From: Candidatus Thorarchaeota archaeon
GTDB lineage: Archaea > Asgardarchaeota > Thorarchaeia > Thorarchaeales > Thorarchaeaceae
Length of the DNA stretch: 64,000 nucleotides
Assembly: GCA_963726195.1 (NCBI GenBank)
Contig: CAVSBO010000016.1
Coordinates: forward strand, 225,675-289,674
Direction of reading: 5' to 3'
The notes below the pieces were generated by a model. It searched no databases, was not told where the DNA came from, and saw only the letters and a program-made list of their open reading frames with translations. Below, piece by piece: positions 40,224 to 49,798 of this stretch (positions are counted from its first letter, which is position 1; each line of letters opens with the position of its first letter). Position numbers and translations under genes: made by a program.

Positions 40224-42593
40224 TTGAAACAAAGGGCAGACATCCGCATTACCGGTGTCGTTCAGGGAGTCGGTTTTCGCCCCTTTGTGTACGGTCTCGC
40301 GAAGGAGTTCAATCTGCTTGGGTATGTTCTAAACCTAGGAAACGCCGGAGTGCAAGTGGTGCTGGAAGGCCGCCGGATGGACATTGAGGGCCTAATTCGT
40401 GAAGTCAGGTCTAGAGCACCACCCATTTCGCGAATAGACGCAATTAATGTCGATTGGGCCGATGCAACGGATGAGTTCACCGACTTCGCAATTGAGAGAT
40501 CCGTGGATGCGAGAAAGGAAACGTCTGGTCTCGACATGCCTCCAGATGTCGCGATGTGTGAGGATTGTGTAGCTGATTTGTTGAACCCCGCTTCTCGTTG
40601 GTACCTGTATCCTTTCGCCTCATGTTCTGTCTGCGGTCCTAGGTTCTCGACAATCGCCAGACTTCCTTACGACCGACCAAATACAACCATGACTGACTTT
40701 CCTCTATGTAATTCATGTAATACAGAGTACTACAACCCCAGCGATCGCCGATACTATGCGCAGACGATTGCATGCCCACTATGCGGGCCAAGCTATCGCT
40801 TGCTGAGTGCTTCAGGCAAGTTAGAGGAAGTCCCTGACCCAGTAGCTATGGCGGCGAAACTAGTAAAGACCGGAAAGATAGGAGCGTTCCAGGGGATATC
40901 AGGTACACATTTAGTCACGATGACTAGCAAACCAACGGCGATTCAAGAACTTAGAAAGAGAAAGAGAAGACTCCGTCGGCCATTTGCGATAATGGTCAGA
41001 GACCTAGAGACCCTGAGAAATCAATTCTCCGTGTCATCGCAAGAGATGGATTTGCTTTCTTCTTGGCGAAGACCGATTGTACTGGTCAAGAAGAGGAATG
41101 ATTCGAAAGAAGCTGACAAGCATTGTTCGAATACTACGCGGGGGATACCCGCTGAGTGTCTGGACTTGATATCTCCGAGTTTAGACACGGTTGGTGTCAT
41201 GCTACCATACTCAGGCCTGCATCATCTTCTGTTCCATTACTTGGATGAGCCAGCACTCGTGATGACAAGTGCCAATCCAACTGGCTTGCCCATGTACATC
41301 GATCCTGAAGTTATCATTTCTGAGCTGAAGGGGATAGCTGATCTCTTCTTGGTTCATAATAGGAGAATCGAGCAGAGAGCAGACGATTCTGTGATTAAGT
41401 TCCTGCTGAATGGTCCTGTCTTCATCCGAAGAGCTCGCGGCTACGTTCCAGAGCCAATCACAGTGAATGGCCTCTCAAGAGAACCCAATGTGGTCGCAGT
41501 GGGGTCGGAAGAGAGAGCGACTGGAGCAGTTCTTAGAGCTGGCAAGGTTTACCAGACTCAGCACATAGGGGATACGAACAGGGCAGAGAATATCGATTTT
41601 CTTTGGGATGCCTTGAGTCACCTATCGAAGGTTCTTGGATTGACGGGATTTGATGGTGTTGCTTGTGATCTACATCCAGAGTTCCTTAGCAGCGAACTCG
41701 CAAGGAAGGTCTCGACTGAACAAGGAATACCGATGTTTCCCGTCCAACACCATCACGCTCATCTTGCAGCCCTGCTCGCAGACTCGGGTCTCCCCGTTAA
41801 TACCACTATTGCGTGTATTACGATTGATGGATTTGGATATGCGCCCGGTGGTGAGTCATGGGGCGGAGACGTTCTGGTGGGCAACACCCTCAAGGTCACA
41901 AGAGCAGGAGGATTGAGACGCCAGACTTACTCAGGTGGCGACTTGTCTGCTATCTACAGTACGAGAGCGCTTCTGGGAATACTCGGTGATTCCGTCGACG
42001 ATGTTGACATTTCTCATTTGATAGGAAAGGCACGGATTGCGCCGGGTGTCATGGCTACTAGCAGCAACCTGTCGATGCTTTCTGAAACGCGAAGACGCGG
42101 TGTTAACATCTTGCATAGCACAAGTGCAGGCAGGTTTCTTGATGCTGTGTCAGCTGCTCTTGGTTTATGCTTCGAGAACGACTATGACGGGGAATGCCCG
42201 ATGCAGTTGGAGGCGGTCGCTCGAGAAACAGACTTCAGGATTAACATGGAGCGTACTCGCGAAGAATGGGCCGTGCTAGATACGACAGAAGCACTGCGGG
42301 AAGTGTTGCGACTTAAGAGGGAGAGCGTCCCAACAAGCGAGATCGCTTATGCGGCCCAGTGGTATCTGGGTGAGTCGTTAGCGGCTATTGCCTGCGCAAT
42401 CTCAATGGAGAAAGGAATCGAGTTTGTGGGAGTCTCCGGGGGCGTTGCGGTTAACAGAATCATCATGCAGGCTATCTCTAGCAGAGTAAAGAATGAAGGG
42501 CTCAAGTTGTTAGTTCATAAGAATGTGCCGCCCGGTGATGGCGGGGTCTCTGTCGGGCAGACTGTTGTTTCGGCATCGAGACTGAATCAGTGA
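40224..42593 (+). CDS. hypF: Carbamoyltransferase HypF
   Basis: GVVQGVGFRPF, CxxCGPR, LPYDR, QHHHAH, PPGDGG. Confidence 0.97.
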   Translation: MKQRADIRITGVVQGVGFRPFVYGLAKEFNLLGYVLNLGNAGVQVVLEGRRMDIEGLIREVRSRAPPISRIDAINVDWADATDEFTDFAIERSVDARKETSGLDMPPDVAMCEDCVADLLNPASRWYLYPFASCSVCGPRFSTIARLPYDRPNTTMTDFPLCNSCNTEYYNPSDRRYYAQTIACPLCGPSYRLLSASGKLEEVPDPVAMAAKLVKTGKIGAFQGISGTHLVTMTSKPTAIQELRKRKRRLRRPFAIMVRDLETLRNQFSVSSQEMDLLSSWRRPIVLVKKRNDSKEADKHCSNTTRGIPAECLDLISPSLDTVGVMLPYSGLHHLLFHYLDEPALVMTSANPTGLPMYIDPEVIISELKGIADLFLVHNRRIEQRADDSVIKFLLNGPVFIRRARGYVPEPITVNGLSREPNVVAVGSEERATGAVLRAGKVYQTQHIGDTNRAENIDFLWDALSHLSKVLGLTGFDGVACDLHPEFLSSELARKVSTEQGIPMFPVQHHHAHLAALLADSGLPVNTTIACITIDGFGYAPGGESWGGDVLVGNTLKVTRAGGLRRQTYSGGDLSAIYSTRALLGILGDSVDDVDISHLIGKARIAPGVMATSSNLSMLSETRRRGVNILHSTSAGRFLDAVSAALGLCFENDYDGECPMQLEAVARETDFRINMERTREEWAVLDTTEALREVLRLKRESVPTSEIAYAAQWYLGESLAAIACAISMEKGIEFVGVSGGVAVNRIIMQAISSRVKNEGLKLLVHKNVPPGDGGVSVGQTVVSASRLNQ

Positions 42594-42639
42594 TGGAAAA
42601 GGATGACCTAGTCCATTCTGTTGAAATGATTTGGGGCTT

Positions 42640-43266
42640 TCATTCTCGTAACATTGCCTCCATCTGTTCAAAGCCCAAATCGAATGCGGCGGAGTTCATT
42701 TGTTGGAATTGTCGTGGTACGGTATCGTACAGAGATTGCAGGGCGGAATCCTTGGTTATTGGTACAAGATGCGTGCCGATTACTGCACCCAACATCACCA
42801 TGTTCAATGAATTGAGACTCCCGGCCTTCTCTGCAAGCTCCATCGCATCGAACTCAATCACGTCAGGAGTGAATTGCTTTATTGCATTCACAATAGTGTC
42901 GTGATCTGGATACGTTGCTTGGTCCATCGAGACAGCCACTGGCATCAAGGTATAGGAACTCATGATTATGTGACCGGTCGGGGCGACCAGATGGACTTCA
43001 CGCAGAGTCTCGATTGGTTCAAAACCTACGAGAAGCTGGGCGGTTCCTGAATCAATGATAGGACCCTTTGCATGTTCCCCTATTCTAATTGTGCAGAGAA
43101 CATGACCACCCCGTTGGGCCATGCCGTGTATCTCACCGACTCTAACATTATGGCCATCCAGCGTGGCTGCTTTTGCCAGCACCTCTGCAAGAGTTAGCAC
43201 ACCTTGGCCGCCTACCCCACTGACTGCCACATTCGTGACTTCCACTGTATTACGAACAATACGCAT
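42640..43266 (-). CDS. iorB: Indolepyruvate:ferredoxin oxidoreductase beta subunit
   Basis: GVGGQG, EIHGMAQRGG, NMVMLGA. Confidence 0.93.
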   Translation of the reverse strand: MRIVRNTVEVTNVAVSGVGGQGVLTLAEVLAKAATLDGHNVRVGEIHGMAQRGGHVLCTIRIGEHAKGPIIDSGTAQLLVGFEPIETLREVHLVAPTGHIIMSSYTLMPVAVSMDQATYPDHDTIVNAIKQFTPDVIEFDAMELAEKAGSLNSLNMVMLGAVIGTHLVPITKDSALQSLYDTVPRQFQQMNSAAFDLGFEQMEAMLRE

Positions 43267-43269
43267 CCT

Positions 43270-45158
43270 TCAATCCTCCCGGCCTATGGCACCTTGAGGA
43301 CAGACAGCCGCACAGGTACCACATTCGTTGCACGAAGTCTCATCAATCACGGCCTTGTTCGTGTCAGAATCAAAATACATGGCCGGACATGAAAGCCGAT
43401 GCAGACATCGTTTACAGGCGTTACACAGCTCTGGGTCGACGTGGTAGGGATGAGGTGGAGTTCCAGCTTGTTGCCTATCGATTGCTGCAAGGAGTGCGCA
43501 TGGTTCTCTGGACACCAACACGGCTGGTTGTTTGTTTTCTTTTGCCCATGTAACCATTTCTCGGATCTCTGACACAAGGGCGGCCATGGAACCAAACGGT
43601 TGTACCATTCTTACGTAGTTCACACCCAATCCCTTGCACACATCAACTATGTCTATAGGACTGACCTTCTCTTGCATCCCAGTGAGACCTGTGCCAGGAT
43701 GCGGCTGGTGCCCTGTCATCGCCGTGGTGCGGTTGTCGAGCACGACCACGCTGATTGGGTGCCTGTTGTACACCGCATCAACTATGCCCGGAAGACCTGA
43801 TGCGAAAAATGTGCTATCGCCAATTGTGGCCACGACGTCCTGACCAGTAACTCGTGCTATTCCACACGCAGTAGTGACAGAGGATCCCATGTCAAACAGT
43901 ATGTCGGCCGTCTCGAGAGGAGGAGCAATGCTTAGTGTATAGCAGCCTATGTCGGATGGGTAAATCGCCTTTCCCCTAGTGGCGACTCGAATTGCATAGT
44001 ATGTTGCTCTATGGGGACAGCCAGCGCACAGCAGTGGCGGTCGGGGCGGCAATGGGGGCAATTTCTCAGCTTTCGAGTCTATTTGTTCCCAGTTAATAGG
44101 TGTATTACGATTCAGAATCTTGGCCAATCCCTCTATCACAGTCCTAGGAGTGTATTCGTAGGTCCTAGGGAAGTAGCCTTGTTCCTTGCCCAGAATCGTG
44201 ACCGCTATGCTATCGAGCTGTGCGATTCCGCGCACTTGAGTTTCCAAGAAAGGTTCCAACTCTTCTAGTACTACTACCTTTGTGTGGTCTCGCAAGAAGT
44301 CAGAGATTTTCGTTGCGGCAGAGGGTGAGTCATTCCCAGTTTTAGTATCTCGGCTTCTAACCCGAGACTTGAGATTGCTTCAATGGCATAGTTGAAGGCC
44401 ACTCCACTGGTGATTAAGCCAAGCTCCCCTTCACCGGTTCTGTAATTCAGGGGTGTTTGCTCGGATATTCCCCTGGCCTTCTCGATTTGCTGTAGTAACC
44501 AAGGATGCCGTTTGTAGGCCACCGACGGAATGGGCACAAATCTGAATGGGTCTTTCATAAATTCGACAGTTGAGATGCGGTCTGGAATCGGGCCTAGCTC
44601 TACTGGGGCTCTTGAGTGACTGACACGAGTAGTTGTGCGATATAGCACAGGAAGCTCAACTTTCTCAGATATGTCAAAGGCTTCGATAAGCATGGATTTA
44701 GCTTCCGTGGGATCAGAAGGCTCAATCATTGGTGTGTTGGCCATCAGAGCGTAATAGCGCGAATCGTTCTCGTTTTGCGAGCTCCACATGCTTGGGTCGT
44801 CTGCGACTACTACTACCATGCCGCCGCGTACACCCACGTATGCAAGCGAAAGAAATGGGTCAGCTGCTACGTTTAATCCTGGACCTTTGCAGGCAATCAT
44901 TGATCTCACTCCAGCGACTGCGGCGGCTCCGGCAACCTCCATTGCGACCTTTTCGTTTGTGCTGAATTCGAAGTAGAAATTGGGAATGCGTGGCGCGATA
45001 GCTGTCAAGTTGTTCCCGATCTCACTACTCGGTGTGCCAGGGTATACTGCTACCAGACGTACGCCTGCTTCCAGCACGCCGCGAGCTATCGCCTCATTGC
45101 CAAGAAGGAGCATTCTCTTCCCGGGATTGTCTTCAAGCAGTTCGGTTGGTTTGGTCAA
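43270..45158 (-). CDS. iorA: Indolepyruvate:ferredoxin oxidoreductase alpha subunit, frameshift at about 44310
   Basis: LGNEAIARG, YPGTPSSEI, NEKVA; CAGCPHR, DIGCY, GDSTF, ferredoxin motifs. Confidence 0.93.
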
Positions 45159-45301
45159 TGTATCACGCGCCCCATTGAGGACTGGTCCCAGAACTGCTCG
45201 GGCAGAAGACTGTGTATCTGTTTTATGGTATAGAGAACAAAGATGCACAGGACGATTCAGACAAAAACACACATCCCCTGAACAACACACGGTCTCGTGA
45301 C

Positions 45302-45319
45302 TTAGAACACGTGTTCCAA
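45302..45319. repeat. Palindrome copy 1 TTAGAACACGTGTTCCAA
   Basis: 17/18 match to copy 2. Confidence 0.9.
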
Positions 45320-45370
45320 CACACCAGCTTGATGATCAGTGGGTTGGGTGTGCCCAGACGTTCTGGTTAC

Positions 45371-45532
45371 TCCCCTCTGCTTCCACTGGAACATATGGAA
45401 AGAGATGTTGTATCGCGATAATACTACTATTACAAAATAAAATAGATGACATTCCGCTTACGAAACGAGTATTTATACTTATCGTCAAATATCGAACCAA
45501 TAAAGGATTCGCTCCACTGGAAGCAACGGGGT
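45371..45532. promoter_or_regulatory. Putative replication origin: inverted ORBs flanking an AT-rich unwinding element
   Basis: GTTCCAGTGGAAGCAGAGGGGA (- strand, 45371-45392) and GCTCCACTGGAAGCAACGGGGT (+, 45511-45532); about 118 bp AT-rich spacer. Confidence 0.75.
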
Positions 45533-45539
45533 CTAGGGT

Positions 45540-45557
45540 TTGGAACACGTGTTCCAA
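45540..45557. repeat. Palindrome copy 2 TTGGAACACGTGTTCCAA (perfect)
   Basis: Perfect 18-bp palindrome. Confidence 0.95.
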
Positions 45558-45560
45558 GTC

Positions 45561-45851
45561 CTAGTTCAGTTCCTTATTGACTTCAAACTTCTTAGTGATC
45601 AGTATGTCTTGGTATGATTCGAACAGTGCTTCAAATGCGCCCCTGTGCTCTGGGGGTACCAGTATCGCAGATGCAGTCACAGCAGTAGACCCCGAGCACT
45701 GCTCCAGCAAGCCCGGTTTCCGTTTCTCCCTGTAGCCCCCTTTGGTCTTCCACGAATACGCGAATCCGTAGAGCTCCTTTGTGAAAGACACTCTCCTAGC
45801 GTTCGCCTCACGTGCCCGCTTGCAATCGTATAGGTACAGATAGTAAACCAA
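45561..45851 (-). CDS. Small basic protein, possible Cas2/VapD-like ferredoxin fold
   Basis: YLYLYD..RRVSFTKELYG..PGLL..SAILVP; TTG start assumed. Confidence 0.65.
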   Translation of the reverse strand: MVYYLYLYDCKRAREANARRVSFTKELYGFAYSWKTKGGYREKRKPGLLEQCSGSTAVTASAILVPPEHRGAFEALFESYQDILITKKFEVNKELN

Positions 45852-45866
45852 GGCGATCCCGCATTC

Positions 45867-45884
45867 TTGGAACACGTGTTCCTG
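45867..45884. repeat. Palindrome copy 3 TTGGAACACGTGTTCCTG
   Basis: 16/18 match to copy 2; 15 bp upstream of the small gene start. Confidence 0.9.
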
Positions 45885-46010
45885 TTTCAGTTCGAGTATT
45901 ACAAAACCGTGTATATGAAAAGCTTAAAGCGAGAGCGACTGGTCGCTAGCGGCATCCGGCGACACCAACTATGAGCATCAGTACATCGATTTACACGAGG
46001 AGGGATCTCC

Positions 46011-47324
46011 GTGAATGTAATCGGCCTGAGAAAAGAGGAGAAACCTTTCGAAACGCGCGTTCCGGTAATACCGGAGCATGTTGCCATGCTCAAGAGCAGA
46101 CATGACATCAAGTTCATAGTGGAACCGAGCGAACAACGCGCATTCAAAGCCGATGAGTACAAGAAAGTCAAGGCTCAGCTACTACCCCTGAAGGGCAGTT
46201 CCGCACAGGTTGTCTTAGGAATAAAAGAGATGCCTAACGATTTCTTCGAGCCTGGCAAGGCATATGTCTTCTTCAGTCATACCATAAAGGGACAGCCGCA
46301 CAACATGGCCATGCTGAGAAGCATCATAGCGGCAAAGGCGACGCTAATAGATTATGAGCGGATAGTAGACGACAAGGGCAAAAGGCTCATCTACTTTGGA
46401 AACTGGGCTGGAATGGCTGGCCTGTCCGACACACTCTATATCTTGGGACGCCGTCTCGAGCTCGAACACATAAGACCAAACCCTTTCAACCACATGAAGC
46501 GTGCACTCGAGTGCAAGGACCTTTCAGAGCTGAAGGATGCATTTACAGCACTAGCGAATCAAATAGTGATTGACGGGTTGCCAAAGCAACTATGTCCTTT
46601 TGTTGTCGGTTTCGCTGGATACGGGAACGTTTCTCGAGGAGCGCAAGAACTCTTCGACATACTTCCTCACGAATCGATCGAACCAGACGACCTAGCACAC
46701 ATAACGTCGCAACGCAACGTTCTGTACAAGTGCGTCTTCAAAGAGGAGCACATGGTCAAGCCAATCGACCCAACTGCCAACTTCGATCTTCAGGACTACT
46801 ACAATCATGGCAAAGCGAAGTACAAGGCTGTCTTTGATCGCTATATTCCGTACCTCACGGTGCTGTTGAATTGTATTTACTGGTCCGACAAGTATCCTCG
46901 CTTGGTGACAAAGGACTTTGTCAAGGTGCACTGGAAGGACAAGAACCGAAGGCTGCGTGTCATAGGTGACATTTCGTGCGACATCGAGGGTGCAATTGAA
47001 TTCACACTTGAAGCAACCACCCCTGCAGAACCAGCTTTCACTTACCTCGTCAAGCAAGACCGAATCGTTAACGGCATATCTGGAGAAGGACCGGTTGTGA
47101 TGGCAGTAGATAATCTGCCTTCTGAGCTCCCAAGAGAATCATCAACCTCATTCAGTGCCTCTCTTCTTGACTATATTCCGTCACTTGCAGACGCAGATTT
47201 CACCGTACGCTTCGACGAACTTGACCTACCCCGGGAACTAAAGGATGCAGTAATCGTATACCAAGGCAGTCTTACTAAGAACTATGAATACCTTCGAGAG
47301 CACACAGAACATACAGGAGAATAG
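46011..47324 (+). CDS. Lysine-ketoglutarate reductase-like protein (LKR half of AASS)
   Basis: GLRKE..ETRVP, GIKE, FFSHTIKGQ, LIDYE, GYGNVSRGA, DISCD, VDNLP. Confidence 0.88.
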   Translation: MNVIGLRKEEKPFETRVPVIPEHVAMLKSRHDIKFIVEPSEQRAFKADEYKKVKAQLLPLKGSSAQVVLGIKEMPNDFFEPGKAYVFFSHTIKGQPHNMAMLRSIIAAKATLIDYERIVDDKGKRLIYFGNWAGMAGLSDTLYILGRRLELEHIRPNPFNHMKRALECKDLSELKDAFTALANQIVIDGLPKQLCPFVVGFAGYGNVSRGAQELFDILPHESIEPDDLAHITSQRNVLYKCVFKEEHMVKPIDPTANFDLQDYYNHGKAKYKAVFDRYIPYLTVLLNCIYWSDKYPRLVTKDFVKVHWKDKNRRLRVIGDISCDIEGAIEFTLEATTPAEPAFTYLVKQDRIVNGISGEGPVVMAVDNLPSELPRESSTSFSASLLDYIPSLADADFTVRFDELDLPRELKDAVIVYQGSLTKNYEYLREHTEHTGE

Positions 47325-47327
47325 AAC

Positions 47328-48644
47328 ATGAAGACCGTACTCTGTCTGGGCGCAGGATTAGTGTCTCAACCCTACATCGAATACATATCAAAACATGGAT
47401 TCCATTTGGTCGTAGCCAGTAGAACCAAGAGCAAAATAGAGACCATGACTCAGGGTTTCAAGAACACTGAAGCTGTGTCGTTTGACATTAACACAGATGA
47501 CAAATTACTCGATAATCTAACTTCCAAGACTGACTTGGTCTGTTCCTTACTACCATTCATCTACCACGTCAAAGCTGCTAAAGTTGCGGTCAAGTATCAC
47601 AAGCCGTTCTGCACCACTTCCTACATATCTGACGAAATGAAAGCCTTAAACAAACAGGCGGTTGACGCGGGCATTCCTCTTCTAAACGAGTGCGGCGTTG
47701 ATCCAGGCATTGACCACATGAGCGCTATGAAAATCATAAACCACATTCATCAAAACCAAGGCAAGATAACGTCTTTCATCTCTTACACAGGAGGTCTCCC
47801 TGCACCTGATGCAAACAACAACCCGTTCGGTTACAAGGTCTCTTGGACCCCCAGAGGAGTCTTGTTGGCGGGCCGAAATGACGCTCATTTCGTCAGAGAT
47901 AAGAAAGAAGTGGTTATTCCCGGACCAGACCTCTTTGACAGCTACCAAATGACCGAAATACCTGGAGCAGGCAAGTTCGAGGTTTATCCAAATCGTGACA
48001 GCGTGTCATATATCGACATCTACGGTATTCCTGAAACGGAGACGATGCTAAGGGGCACTCTCAGGTATGCAGGCTGGTGTGCAACTCTTAAGAAAATCGC
48101 TGACTTGGGTCTCCTGAGTATCGAAGAACAGTCCTTCGGCAATCTGACTTACCGGCAGATGATGAGCAAGCTAGTTTCTTCCAAGGACTCTGACATTGTC
48201 AGAGCTGTTGCATCAGCCGTCAAGCTTTCTCCCACCGATCCTATAATAGTACGACTTCAGTGGTTAGGACTATTCTCAGATGAGAAAATCCCGTCTGGTA
48301 CTCCCACAAGACTGGATGCACTCTGCCATCTATTCGAAGAGAAAATGCAGTACGCTCCCGGGGAACGCGATATGATAGTAATGCACCACGAGATCACAGC
48401 CAAGTTTCCTAGCCGCAAGGAGAGAATCACATCAACACTTGTAGACTATGGCATACCTCATGGAGACAGTTCAATGTCCAGAACAGTCACATTGCCTGTC
48501 GCCATAGCCAGTCGGTTGATTCTGGAAGGAAAGATTCCGCTAACAGGCGTCCTAAGACCCACTTTGCCACAAATATACGAGCCGATCCTCAACGAACTTA
48601 CAACGCTAGGCATCAAATTCGTTGAAAAGACAACACGCCTTTGA
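47328..48644 (+). CDS. Saccharopine dehydrogenase (glutamate-forming)
   Basis: LGAGLVS, TTSY, NECGVDPGIDH, GGLPAP, YPNRDS, RGTLRY, SMSRTV. Confidence 0.92.
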   Translation: MKTVLCLGAGLVSQPYIEYISKHGFHLVVASRTKSKIETMTQGFKNTEAVSFDINTDDKLLDNLTSKTDLVCSLLPFIYHVKAAKVAVKYHKPFCTTSYISDEMKALNKQAVDAGIPLLNECGVDPGIDHMSAMKIINHIHQNQGKITSFISYTGGLPAPDANNNPFGYKVSWTPRGVLLAGRNDAHFVRDKKEVVIPGPDLFDSYQMTEIPGAGKFEVYPNRDSVSYIDIYGIPETETMLRGTLRYAGWCATLKKIADLGLLSIEEQSFGNLTYRQMMSKLVSSKDSDIVRAVASAVKLSPTDPIIVRLQWLGLFSDEKIPSGTPTRLDALCHLFEEKMQYAPGERDMIVMHHEITAKFPSRKERITSTLVDYGIPHGDSSMSRTVTLPVAIASRLILEGKIPLTGVLRPTLPQIYEPILNELTTLGIKFVEKTTRL

Positions 48645-48698
48645 GCTCAAGACATATGACCGTTTGGGATGTAACAACACACCCAAGGCTCGGGTCGT

Positions 48699-49334
48699 CT
48701 ATCCTCTGAGACGTATCTGTATCGCTTCCAGCACGGCTTCGGCGCGCCGCGATTCCTGCTGGACCTCTTCGAGTTCGGTCTTCAGACGATAGCTATAGCC
48801 TGAGCGGCTTCCGTATCTCTCGAGATGCCCATTGCCACTATTCCACATTCTTCCAAGGTAAGTACAAGCAGTGCTCTTAGGCAACTCTTCATTGAACGCA
48901 CTTTGGTAGATTTCTGCAACATCTACTGACGAGAACTTGCCGTGTTTGAAGGAAGCATATATGATAACACGCATCTTCTCGTAATTACTCAGGGACTCAA
49001 AATGCCAATCATCAGCATGGCTTGCGGTCTCCTCGACAGCAGAAGTGAAAGTGTAGCCAGTACTAGTCTCCAAAAAGACTCTGAACTTATCCAGCATTTC
49101 TTCTGACGTGCCCTTTAATTGAAGACTGGACTCCTCGCTCGTCGATTCATCCACTACTACGATCTTCAAATCAAACGGTGACTCAGTTAGCGCGAGGATC
49201 TTCTTGAAGCGAGCAAGGGCCTCATCAGGTTTGACATACTTGCACTGGAAAACCTCACGAAGTCCCGGGCCTGAACTGTACGTGAACTCGTACACATAGT
49301 TTGTTCTCGCTTCATCACCCAACGGTATCACCAA
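48699..49334 (-). CDS. Hypothetical protein with C-terminal winged-helix-like domain
   Basis: FSSVDVAEIYQ..STACTYLGRM..LERYG..YRL. Confidence 0.65.
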   Translation of the reverse strand: MVIPLGDEARTNYVYEFTYSSGPGLREVFQCKYVKPDEALARFKKILALTESPFDLKIVVVDESTSEESSLQLKGTSEEMLDKFRVFLETSTGYTFTSAVEETASHADDWHFESLSNYEKMRVIIYASFKHGKFSSVDVAEIYQSAFNEELPKSTACTYLGRMWNSGNGHLERYGSRSGYSYRLKTELEEVQQESRRAEAVLEAIQIRLRG

Positions 49335-49631
49335 ACTGGCTTGTCTAACAGACGGACATGTTCACAAATCGTTTCCTTTCGCGAGTAGATAAGTGTGAGT
49401 ATGTGAATTGCTAATACCATAGTAAGTAGAACATGATGCGCATTATCAGAACCGGCTACCGACAGGCTAGACCTAGCACCAGAATCAGGCATTAGATGCC
49501 CCCAGTTGTCTATCAAAGCACCGATATCAGCACAACGTTCTCAAATCGTCTGTCTTCCAACTTTTCCAACATTCACTGGCCGGATACTTCTGTGAATATC
49601 GATACAACATATGATAGGTGTTGTATCTGTT

Positions 49632-49652
49632 TTCCACTGGCAGCGGAGGGGT
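49632..49652 (+). promoter_or_regulatory. Isolated ORB-like box TTCCACTGGCAGCGGAGGGGT
   Basis: Close match to the two ORBs at 45.4-45.5 kb including the G-string; intergenic. Confidence 0.55.
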
Positions 49653-49798
49653 GGTCTTATTTACAGTATCGAACGCCTCTATGCTTGGCTCAAGGCCCAA
49701 ACGGTACGATATGCACCCTTATTCCCGGACACCATTCACAGAAAGCGCGCCATTCACAGGAATCTGTTGTGAATGTGTGTTATTGCCATAAACTCCAT

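Noticed and set aside
45302-45884. Palindromes as a CRISPR array
   Set aside because: Only three 18-bp copies with 220- and 309-bp gaps containing ORBs and a gene; no cas1.
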